NCBI GenBank assembly: GCA_963733195.1
Contig: CAVTCR010000001.1
Coordinates: 1 to 64,000, forward strand
Direction of reading: 5' to 3'
Source of the DNA: an uncultured delta proteobacterium
Lineage (GTDB): Bacteria > Desulfobacterota > Binatia > Bin18
Length of the DNA: 64,000 nucleotides
The notes beneath the pieces were generated by a model. That model ran no database searches. It was not told the DNA's origin and was given only the letters and a program-made list of their open reading frames with translations. Made by a program: the position numbers and the translations under genes. Positions within the stretch are counted from its first letter, which is position 1; each line of letters starts with the position of its first letter. Shown here one piece after another: positions 1-10,701 of the stretch.

Positions 1-2065
1 TTGACGGGGAGACCCAGGGCTTTCTTGACGTGCTCAGTGAGAGTGTGGCCAGTGCCCGCCTCCTCCTGCTGGTGAACTACCGGCCGGAGTATCACCCCGA
101 GTGGGGGAGTAAGACGTATTACACGCAGCTGCGGCTCGTGCCCTTAGGGAGAGCGGAAGCCGAAGCACTCCTGACCTTCCTGTTGGGCACCGATGCCAGG
201 CTCACCGCCTTGAAACAGCTGGTGCTGGCGAAGACTGAAGGCACGCCGTTCTTCATAGAAGAGGTGGTGCAGACGTTAGCCGAAGAAGGGGTACTCACCG
301 GGGAACGGGGGCACTACCGGTTAGCGAAAGCCCCGACCGAGATCCATATCTCCCCGACCGTGCAAGGGGTCCTGGCCTCACGGATCGACCGCTTAATGCC
401 CCCAGAGAAAGACTTGCTGCAACAACTGGCGATCATTGGGCGGGAATTTCCGCTGAGCCTGATGCGCCACGTGGTCTCCCAACCCGAGGAGGAACTCTAC
501 CGTCTGTTATCCTCGTTGCAACACAAAGAGTTTCTCTATGAGCAGCCGGCCTTTCCCGAAGTGGAATATATTTTCAAGCATGCCCTGACGCAAGAAGTCG
601 CTTACAACTCAGTGCTGCAAGAGCGACGCAAAGCCTTGCACGAAAAGACAGCACAGGCGGTTGAAGAAGTGTACCGGGATCGACTGGAGGAGTATTACAG
701 TGAGCTCGCTCACCACTACAGTCGGAGTGGGAATACGGGGAAGGCCATTGAGTATTTCCAAAAGGTAAGCCAGCAAGCGGTACAACGGTCTACCTACCCA
801 GAGGCCATCGAGAGTGTTACTAAGGCCCTAGAGCTACTTGCAACGCTGCCTGACACCCCCGCTCGCGTCCGGCAAGAACTTGCACTGCAACTCGACCTGG
901 GCATTTCACTGATGGCGACCAGGGGCTATATCGCCCCAGGTACAGAGAAGGCGTACGCCCGGGCGCTAGAGCTGTGTCAGCAGATAGGGGACCCCCCCCA
1001 ACTCTTTCCTGCGTTGTTCGGGCCGTGGGTGTTTTCTTTAGTCAGGGCGGAGCTCAAGACGGCGCGGAAGTTGGGCGAACAGCTCCTGAGGGTGGCGCAA
1101 ACCGCCCAGGACTCCACCCTCCTCCTGAGGGCTCACGTGTCACTAGGGGGAACTTTGTTTTTCCAGGGAGAGTTTATGCCGGCCTTCGCGCATCTGGAGC
1201 AAGGCCGTACTCTCTACGATAATCTCCATCGGTACCCGCACGCCTTCCTCCACGGGCAAGATCCCGTAGTCACGTGTCCTTCCACTGCCTCCTTAGTCCT
1301 ATGGCACTTAGGCTATCCCGATCGGGCCCTGCAGAGAAGCCAAGAGGCCCTGGCCCTGGCCCAGACGTTATCTCGCCCTTTCAGTCTCGCTCAGACCTTA
1401 GACCGCGCCGCCCTATTCCATCAGCTCCGCCGGGAGGAACGGGCCGTGCAAGAACAAGCCGAAGCTGCCACGGTACTTTGTACAGAGCAGGGATTCACAT
1501 ACTACCTCGCGTGGGGAACCGTCTTGCGGGGTTGGGCCCTGGCAGAGCAGGGCGAAGTCGAGGAAGGATTACCCAGATACACAAAGGATTGGCCGCCTAC
1601 CGAGCCCTGGGAGCAGAGCTATTGCGGCTATATTTTCTTGCCCTCTTAGCTGAGGCGCATGGCAAAGCTGGCCAGCTTGAGTACGGCTTGGCTGCCGTGA
1701 ATGAGGCTCTGACTATGATGAACAAAACCGAGGAGCGATTCTGTGAAGCAGAGCTATACCGGCTCAAGGGAACGCTTACGCTTCAACAGGCAAATCGACG
1801 ATCAACAGGCAGAAATCCACAGCCCAACGGCGAAGAGGCTGAGCGGTGTTTCCTTAAAGCCATCGACATCGCTCGCCACCAACAAGCCAAGTCGCTTGAA
1901 CTCCGTGCGGTGACCAGCCTCGCTCGTCTGTGGCAGAGTCAAGGCAAGCCCTGCGAAGCTCACAGCATGTTGTCCACAATCTACAACTGGTTCACCGAGG
2001 GGTTTGACACCAAAGATTTGCAAGAGGCGAAGGCGCTGTTGGACGAGTTGGCGGGGGGCCGCTGA
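1..2065 (+). CDS. STAND ATPase-TPR protein, array copy 1 (5' part outside window; one frameshift near 1570)
   Basis: ORFs 30..1649 and 1274..2065 give LLLVNYRPEY, TEGTPFFIEE, LASRIDRL, YIFKHALTQEVAY, TPRs and the family C-terminus WFTEGFDTKDLQEAKALLDEL, as in downstream paralogues. Confidence 0.9.
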
Positions 2066-5000
2066 TGGACCTCTATGCGATCAGCGATCAAGTCGTGCGC
2101 TCCTGCAGCAGCGGGGGCGACTAGCCTACCGGATGCTCCAGCTGCAGTTTCAGCTCGATGACGAGCAGCTGGCCGCCCTCAAAGAGGAACTGATTGACAT
2201 CCAGGAGCTGGCGGCTGACAAAGACGGCAAGATGCTCGTCTGGCAGGGTAACCGCAGCGTCGGCTCGGCACCGAGCGAACGCGCGGGTTGTCTTCGTCCA
2301 TCACTCCACCAGCTCCTCCTCCCGCCAGCTATACGCCTCCGCATCTGGCCGAGCGCATTCGCGCCGAGCAAGCGGCGATGGAAGCCCGTGGAGTAGCTGA
2401 CGGTGAGCGCAAGACCATCACCGCGCTGTTTGCCGATCTCAAAGGCTCCACGGCACTGATTGAAGGCTCGATCCCGAAGAAGCGCGGGCGATTATTGATC
2501 CTGCCTTGCAACTGATGATGGACGCCGTGCATCGCTATGAGGGCTATGTGGCGCAAGCCTTGGGCGATGGCATCTTTGCCCTGTTCGGTGCGCCCATTGC
2601 GCATGAAGATCATCCCCAGCGTGCACTCTATGCCGCGCTGCGCATGCAAGAGGAGATGCGCCGCTATGCTGATACGTTGCGCCCAAAAGGGCTATCCGCC
2701 GCTGCTGATGCGCGTCGGGGTGAATACTGGCGAAGTGGTGGTGCGCTCGATTCGCAAAGACGATCTGCATACGGATTACGTGCCGGTGGGCCATTCGACC
2801 AACCTGGCGGCCCGCATGGAGCAGATGGCCGACGCCCGGTGTCGATTCTGGTCACTGCGTACACCCACAAGCTCACGGACGGGCTATTTCGAGTTCAAGG
2901 ATTTGGGCAAGACCCAGATCAAAGGCGTGGAAGAGCCGCTCACCGTCTACGAAGTCCTGGGTGCGGGGCCGCTGCGCACGCGGCTGCAAGTCGCGGCCAC
3001 GGCGCGGCCTGACCCGCTTTGTCGGGCGGCAGAGTGAAATGGAGCAGATGCAGCGAGGCGCTTGGAGCAAGCCAAAGCCGGCCACGGGCAAATTGTGGGC
3101 GTGATGGGCGAGCCGGGCTTAGGCAAGTCACGGCTGTTCTATGAGTTCAAGCTGCTCTCCCAGAGTGGCTGTCTGGTGCTGGAAGCCTACTCGGTCTCGC
3201 ACGGCAAAGCCTCGCCGTATCTGCCGGTGATTGAACTGCTCAAGAGCTACTTTGCAATCAACGCCGCAGATGATGAGCGGAAGCGGCGGGAGAAGGTCGG
3301 CGGCAAAGTGTTGATGCTGGATCGCAGCCTCGAAGACACCCTGCCGTATCTGTTCGCCTTGCTCGGCATCGAAGACCAGCCCTCGCCGTTGCAGCAGATG
3401 GACCCGCAGATTCGCCGCCGGCGGACGTTCGAGGCGCTCAAGAAGCTCTTCCTGCGCGAGAGTCTCAATCAGCCGCTGATCCTGATCTTTGAGGACTTGC
3501 ATTGGATCGATAGCGAGACGCAAGGGTTTCTCGACACGCTGAGTGAAGAGTGTGGCCTCGGCCAAGATCCTGCTGCTGGTGAACTATCGGCCCGAGTATC
3601 GCCACGAGTGGGGACAGAAGACGTACTACACGCAGCTGCGCTTAGCCCCCTTCGGCAAAGCCGAGGCCGAAGAATTCCTCGCTTCTCTGCTCGGCAACGA
3701 CGCCAGCCCTCACATGCCTTAAAGCAGCTTATCCTGGAGAAGACCGAAGGCACGCCGTTCTTCATGGAAGAGGTGGTGCAGAGTTAGCGGAGAAAAGGGG
3801 TGCTCATCGCGCGGCGACGCGGGGCCAATACCGGCTTCGCCTGCAGGCCCGACTGGACTCCACATCTCCCGTCCACCGTGCAAGGGGTGCTTGGCGCTCC
3901 CGCATCGACCGCCTCGCACCGGACGAGAAAGCCTTGCTGCAACAACTCGCGGTCATCGGGCGGGAGTTCCCGCTCAGCCTCGTCCGCCAGGTCATCCCGC
4001 AACCCGAAGAGGAACTCTATCGCCTTCTCTCCTCGCTGCAGCACAAAGAGTTTCTCTACGAGCAGCCCGCGTTTCCCGAAGTCGAGTACAGCTTCAAGCA
4101 TGCCCTGACGCAGGAGGTGGCCTACGACACCGTGCTCCACGAGCGGCGCAAAGCCTTGCACGAGCGCACAGCCCAGGCGATCGAAGCACTCTATCAGCGC
4201 ACAGCTGGACGAGCACTACAGCGACTTGGCGCATCACTACAGCGCAGCGGCAATACGGAGAAAGCCGTCGAGTACCTGCACCTGGCGGGGCAACAGGCGG
4301 TGCAACGCTCGGCCAATGTGGAAGCGATCACGCATCTGACGACTGCCTTAGAGTTGCTCAAGACGTTGCCTGACACTCCCGAGCGCGCCCAACAAGAACT
4401 GACGCTGCACCTCACTCTGGGCGCGCCGTTACAGGCCATCAGAGGTTTTTCCTCCCCGGAAGTGAAAGCGACCTATACCCGCGCCCGGGAGCTGTGCCAG
4501 CAGGTCGGGGAGACCCGCCAGCTCTTCCCGGCCCTCTTTGGGCTGCGGACGTTTCATCATGTCGGGGCGAGTTTCGCGCGGCGCGTGAGCTGGGGAGCAA
4601 CTCCTGATTTGGCCCAGAGGGAGCAAGACCCGGCATTACTCGTGGAGGCCTATCGGGCACTGGGCAGCACCTTATTCCATCTGGGAGAGTTCGGCGCGGC
4701 CCGGGCGCACCTGGAACAGGGCCTTGACCCTGTATGACGCGCAGCGCCACCACTCCCATGCGTTCCTCTACGGCGGATAGAGCCGGGGGTATTTGGCCTC
4801 TCCTCATGCAGCCTGGGTCCTGTGGCATCTGGGCTATCCGGACCAGGCGCTCAAGAAGAGCGATGCCGCATCGTACCCTGGCGCCAAGAGCTGTCTTATC
4901 CATCCAGTTTGGCCGCCGCCCAGGTTTATGCTGCCCTGTCTGTACCAGCTCCGCCAGAAAAGTCTCCTGACCCAAGAGCGGGCTGAGGCAGGAATCACCA

Positions 5001-5578
5001 TCGCTCGCGAGCAAGGCTTTCCCGTGTGGTTAGGGTAGGGACTGTCCTGCAAGGCTGGGCGCTGGCCGAACAGGGACAGAGGAAGAGGGGATTAGCCGAG
5101 ATTCGCCAAGGGCTGGCTGCCTGCCAAGCCATAGGAGCAGGGATAATCAATCCTATTATCTTGCCCTGCTGGCCGAGGCGTATGGGAAAGCGGGGCAGGC
5201 AGAGGAAGGGCTTGCCACGCTCGCCGAGGCGCTGGCGGTGGTAGACAAAAGCTGGGGAGCGGTTTTACGAGGCGGAGCTGTATCGGTTGAAGGGCGAGCT
5301 GACACTCCACAGTCTAGCGTCCCGGGTCTAGAGTCTAGGTCCAGAAAGAAGCTGGAGGAGTGTTTTTGAAGGCCATTGAGATTGCTCGCAAACAGCAAGC
5401 GAAATCGCTGGAACTGCGCGCGATGATGAGCCTTGCGCCGGCTGTGGCAGCAGCAGGCAAGCAGAGAGAAGCACACCAGATGTTGTCCGAGATCTACGGC
5501 TGGTTCACCGAAGGGTTTGACACGAAAGACTTGCAAGAGGCCAAGGCACTGTTAGAAAGTCTAGGGTCTCGTGTCTAG
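2065..5578 (+). CDS. Class III nucleotide cyclase-STAND ATPase-TPR protein, copy 2 (many frameshifts)
   Basis: ATG overlaps the copy 1 stop (TGATG). Fragments give ERKTITALFADLKGST, ALGDGIFALFGAP, Walker A GEPGLGKS, Walker B LIFEDLHWID, TPRs and WFTEGFDTKDLQEAKALL. Confidence 0.88.
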
Positions 5579-5736
5579 AGTCTCGCGCCAAAATGAGGGT
5601 AAAGTTTAACGTTCAATGTGCAACATTACCAACCCCTAGCTCCTAACACTCAAGACCCAGTAGGATTGAGTCATTGACGAATGGTGACGTGGATTTCCTC
5701 AATGAGTACACAACAGAATATGAAAAAGGAGAGACA

Positions 5737-5985
5737 ATGCAGAACGCCTATATTGTGACCGGAACGCTCACAAATGAGCGCACAGTAACGTTAGATGAGG
5801 CGTTGCCCTTAACCGCGACAAAAGTACGGTTGGTGGTAGAACCACTCGTCTCGACGTCTCAACACTCCTATTCCGAGATCGTTGCAGCGATCCGCAAACG
5901 ACAGGCGGCACGCAATCATCAGCCGCCAACCCCGGAAGAGGTCGATAGCTATTTGCAAAGCGAACGGAATAGTTGGGAGGAGTGA
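5737..5985 (+). CDS. Putative antitoxin (VapB-like)
   Basis: 82 aa MQNAYIVTGTLTNERTVTLDEALPL..., AAGGAGAG RBS, 6 nt upstream of a PIN gene. Confidence 0.7.
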   Translation: MQNAYIVTGTLTNERTVTLDEALPLTATKVRLVVEPLVSTSQHSYSEIVAAIRKRQAARNHQPPTPEEVDSYLQSERNSWEE

Positions 5986-5991
5986 CCCGAT

Positions 5992-6453
5992 ATGCGTCTC
6001 TACTTGGATACGGCACCAGTCATCTATGTCGTGGAACAGGTGCTGCCGTTCTTCCCCGTAGTGGACGCACGGCTGTCCGCTTCCGGAATGGTCCTGGTCG
6101 CAAGTGACCTTACGCGGATGGAATGCCGCGTCAAGCCTGTACGGGAGGAGAGGACCGACTTGCTGAAGGACTACGACGATTTCTTCTCGTCTGCGGTAAC
6201 AGAGATCGTCGTATTGTCACGAGAGGTTATCGATCGCGCAACGGAGATTCGCGCACGACATCGGTTCAAAACGCCTGATGCGATCCATCTTGCTGCCGCA
6301 GTCGTGACACACTGTGACGTGTTTCTCACCAACGATCATCGGCTCGACCGCTTTCCTGATATCGCGATATTGAAGTTGTCCAGCCACAACCGCTACCTCC
6401 GCAAGAGACACCGGCAGCAACGTAAAAGGCAGTGCTGGCAGTACAGGCACTAA
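5992..6453 (+). CDS. vapC: PIN-domain VapC toxin
   Basis: LYLDTAPVIY, ECRV, KTPDAIHLAAA, FLTND: the PIN acidic motifs. The C-terminal tail may be extended by an indel. Confidence 0.88.
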   Translation: MRLYLDTAPVIYVVEQVLPFFPVVDARLSASGMVLVASDLTRMECRVKPVREERTDLLKDYDDFFSSAVTEIVVLSREVIDRATEIRARHRFKTPDAIHLAAAVVTHCDVFLTNDHRLDRFPDIAILKLSSHNRYLRKRHRQQRKRQCWQYRH

Positions 6454-6470
6454 AGAACTAAGAGGGACCC

Positions 6471-9400
6471 GTGAAGTTCTCCGAAATCATCGATCAAGCT
6501 TGTGCGCTCCTCCAACGAAAGGGACGCCTGACCTATCGGTCGCTGAAACTCGAATTTGCCCTCGACGACGAATACCTTGATGTTCTGAAAGGAGAACTCA
6601 TCGACGGGCAACGGGTCGCCATTGATGAAGGCGGGAAAGTGTTGGTGTGGGTCGGGAACAAGGATAAGGGGAAAGAGATAAAGGATAAAGGGGGAAACGA
6701 AAAACAGGGCATCGAGGGCGAAAAGGAAGGAGTCCCTAAGCAGTGGACGCCGCCCCATCTCGCTGAGCGGATTCGTGCCACTGAAATCACCGACGGTGAA
6801 CGCAAGACGATCACCGCCTTGTTTGCCGACCTGAAGGGCTCGACTGCCCTGATCGAAGGGCTCGATCCCGAAGAAGCACGGGCGATTATTGATCCCGCGC
6901 TGCAGCTCATGATGGACGCCGTGCATCGGTATGAGGGCTATGTCGCGCAGGCCTTGGGCGATGGCATCTTTGCCTTGTTCGGCGCGCCGATTGCCCATGA
7001 GGATCATCCCCAGCGCGCCTGTATGCCGCGCTGCGCATGCAAGAGGAGATGCGCCGCTATGGGGATCAGGTGCGCCTCAAACACGGCGTACCACTTGGCG
7101 ATGCGCGTCGGGCGTGAACACCGGCGAAGTGGTGGTGCGCTCGATTCGCAAAGAGGATTTACATACGGACTATGTGCCAGTGGGCCATTCGACGAACCTA
7201 GCCGCCCGCATGGAGCAGATGGCCACGCCGGGCTCGATACTGGTCACGGAGTACACCCACAAACTGACGAAGGCTATTTCGAGTTCAAAGCGTTAGGCGA
7301 GGCGCAGATCAAAGGGGTGGAAGAGCCGCTCACGCGTCTATGAAGTCCTGGGCGCGGGGCCGTTACGCACGCGGCTGCAAGTGGCGGCCACGCGCGGGGC
7401 TGACGCGGTTTGTCGGGCGGCAGAGTGAGATGGAGCAGATGCAGCGAGCCTTGGAGCAAGCCAAAGCTGGGCACGGGCAGATCGTGGGCGTGATGGGCGA
7501 GCCGGGGTTGGGCAAGTCGCGGCTGTTCTACGAGTTCAAGCTCCTCTCGCAAGTGGCTGTCTGGTGCTGGAAGCCTATTCGGTCTCGCACGGCAAAGCGT
7601 CACCGTATCTGCCGGTGATCGAGCTGCTCAAGAGTTACTTTCGAGATTCAAGCCGCAAGATGATGAACGGACACGCCGAGAGAAGGTCGCCGGCAAAGTG
7701 CTAATGCTCGACCGAGCCTGGAGGACACGCTGCCCTATCTTTTGCCTTGCTGGGCATTGAGGAGCGCCTCGCCACTTCCAGCAGATGGACCCGCAGATTC
7801 GCCGCCGGCGGACGTTCGAGGCGCTCAAGAAGCTGTTCCTCCGCGAGAGTCTCAACCAACCGCTGATCCTGATCTTTGAGGACCTGCACTGGATCGACAC
7901 TGAGACGCAAGGATTTCTCGACACGCTGAGTGAGAGTGTGGCCAGCGCACGATTCTGCTGCTGATCGAACTACCGCCCGGAGTATCGGCACGAGTGGGGA
8001 CAGAAGACCTACTACACCCAACTACGCTTAGCCCCATTCGGCAAAGCGGAAGCGGAAGAATTCTCGACGTTCTCTGCTTGGGCAACGACGCCGAGCCTCA
8101 CAGGCCTTGAAACACCTCATCTTGGAGAAGACCGAAGGGACGCCGTTCTTCATGGAAGAGGTGGTGCAGACGTTGGCTGAGGAGGGAGTACTGGACGGCG
8201 AACGGGGCAACTATCGGCTGGAGCAACGCGCCAACCGACTTGCACATCTCTCCCACCGTGCAAGGGGTACTCGCGGCGCGGATCGACCGCCTGCGCCCGA
8301 AGAGAAAGCCCTCCTGCAACAACTGGCGGTCATCGGCCGGGAGTTTCCGCTGAGCCTCGTACGGCAGGTGGTCCCGCAACCCGAAGAGGAACTCTATCGC
8401 CTGCTCGCCTCGCTCCAGCAGCAAAGAGTTTCTCTACGAACAGCCGGCGTTCCCCGAAGTGGAGTACATCTTCAAGCACGCCCTGACCCAGGAGGTGGCC
8501 TACAGCACGGTGCTGCAGGAGCGACGAAAGCCTTACACGAGCGCACGGCCAAGCGATCGAAGCGCTGTACAGCGCCACGCCTGAGGAGCACTACAGCGAG
8601 CTGGCGCATCACTACAGCCGCAGTGGCAACACCGAGAAAGCCGTGGAGTACCTCGACCTGGCGGGCAACAGGCGGTGCAACGCTCGGCCAATGTGGAAGC
8701 GATCACTCATCTGACCACCGCCTTAGAGCTGCTCAACACTTGCCCGACACCCGCGAGCGCGCCCAACAAGAACTCACGCTGCACCTCGCTCTGGGCGTCG
8801 CCGTTACAGGCCACCAGAGGGGTTTCCTCGCCGGAAGTGAAAGCTACCTATACCCGGGCCCTGGAGCTGTGCCAGCAGGTGGGGGAACCCCCGCTCTTTC
8901 CGGTCTCTGTGGGGCTGCGGCGTTTCATCTTGCGCGCGGCAGAACTCGCAAACGGCGCAAGACTGGCCGAGCAATGCTGCGACTTGGCCCGGAGGGGCGC
9001 ACGAATCCAGCCCTCCTCCTGGAGGCCCATCTGGCGCTGGGGGAACTTGTTCTATCTGGGAGAATTGCGGCTCGGCCGCAGAGCATCTGGAGCAAGGGAT
9101 TGCGCTCTATGATCTCCAGCAACACCGCGACTGCAGGCCTTTCATTCGAGGACACGATCTGGAGGTCATTGGCCTGTGCTATGGCAGCATGGTCGCTGTG
9201 GCGTCTGGGCTATCCGGACCAGGCCCTGAAAAAGAATGCAAGACACGCTTGCACTCGGCCCAGGAGATCGTCTCATCCTCTTACGCTTGGCTTTGCCCTC
9301 GCCTTTGCTGCGTATGTCTACAGTTCCTGCGGAGAGAGGCATGATCCCAGAGAGCGGGCAGAAGTGGGCATTACGCTCTGCGACCGAGCACGGGTTTCCC

Positions 9401-9949
9401 GTATTGGTAGCGCAAGGAATTTCTCGGGGCTGGGTACTCGCTGCAACAAGGCCAGCAGGAAGAAGGGATTGCACAGATACGACAAGGTTTGGCCGCTTCC
9501 ACAGACGACCTGGGTTCAGAATTGGACCGATCCATATTATCTGGCGCTGCTGGCCGAGACCTATGGGAAGCTGGACGAGCCAGAGAGGGCTGCGCAGCTC
9601 GCTGAGGCGCTAGCTGGTCAGAAGAACCGGAGAGCGTTTTACGAGGCAGAGCTGTATCGGCTCAAGAGGCGAGCTGACGCTCCAAAGTCCAAAGTCCAAG
9701 CGTCCAAAGTCTGAAGCATCCAAAAGAAGCGGAGGAGTGTTTTCTGGAGGCTATTGAGATTGCCCGCCAGCAACAGGCGAAGTCGCTGGAGCTGCGCGCA
9801 GACGATGAGCCTCGCCCGACTGTGGCAACAGCAGGGCAAGACAGCAAGAAGCACACCAGATGTTAGCCGAGATCTACGGCTGGTTCACCGAAGGCTTTGA
9901 CACCAAGGACCTGCAGGAGGCGCAGGCGTTGCTTGGAGAATTAAGATAA
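6471..9949 (+). CDS. Class III nucleotide cyclase-STAND ATPase-TPR protein, copy 3 (many frameshifts)
   Basis: MKFSEIIDQACALLQRKGRLTY N-domain, cyclase motifs, GEPGLGKS, TPRs; ends ...DLQEAQALLGELR TAA at 9947-9949. Confidence 0.88.
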
Positions 9950-9992
9950 CAATAACCCTGGCTCTCTGAGAAGATACGGAAGGATCTATGTT

Positions 9993-10256
9993 ATGAAAAC
10001 AGTGAAAGCAGTCCAAGCGGTTCGGCAACGTGTACGCGTGAGTCGTGACCGACGAATCGAAATCAGAGCGGTTCCCTTTCAGCCTGGTAGTGAAGTCGAC
10101 GTCATCGTCGTTGGGGGAGACATCCCAACGGAGGAAACAACAAAAGAGGATATTTACAGCTACACTGAACGGCTGAAAAAGAACAAAAAACTGCCACATT
10201 ACTCGCTACGTGAGATTGAGGAGATTGTTCATCAGAGCCGGGGACTCCGTGGCTAA
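9993..10256 (+). CDS. Putative antitoxin
   Basis: 87 aa with a beta-rich N-terminus (IEIRAVPFQPGSEVDVIVV), overlapping a downstream PIN gene. Confidence 0.65.
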   Translation: MKTVKAVQAVRQRVRVSRDRRIEIRAVPFQPGSEVDVIVVGGDIPTEETTKEDIYSYTERLKKNKKLPHYSLREIEEIVHQSRGLRG

Positions 10257-10665
10257 GCGGATAGTCTGCGATACGAATGTGCTGATTTCCGGCTACCTGT
10301 GGAAAGGAGCCACTCGACACGTGCTCGATTTGGTACGCAATGGGCAACAGTGGACGTTGCTGAGTTCGTCGGACACCATGAACGAGTTCATTCGGGTGCT
10401 CGCTTACCAAAAATTTGGTCTAACCCCAATAGAGATCGAACCCTTGGTTGCAGATTTGCGCCAGCACAGTATTTTTGTCCAGGTACGGTCAAAACTCCAT
10501 ATTATCCAGAACGATCCAACGGACAATATTTTTCTTAACCTTGCGGTTGATGGCAAAGCCGAGCTGTTGGTCTCCGGTGATCGCCATCTCTTGGACCTCA
10601 AAGCCTTTCGCGGTCTGCCAATTGTGAGTGTGCGGTCTTTTCTGCGCATCGTGGTGGTTTCGTGA
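10249..10665 (+). CDS. PIN-family toxin (MJ1680/TIGR00305-like subfamily)
   Basis: GTG start; RIVCDTNVLISG ... DPTDNIFLNLAVDGKAELLVSGDRHLLDL. Confidence 0.87.
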   Translation: MAKRIVCDTNVLISGYLWKGATRHVLDLVRNGQQWTLLSSSDTMNEFIRVLAYQKFGLTPIEIEPLVADLRQHSIFVQVRSKLHIIQNDPTDNIFLNLAVDGKAELLVSGDRHLLDLKAFRGLPIVSVRSFLRIVVVS

Positions 10666-10701
10666 GAAAGGCAAAGACCTTCAGCGCTGAGGAGGAAGTG
10701 C

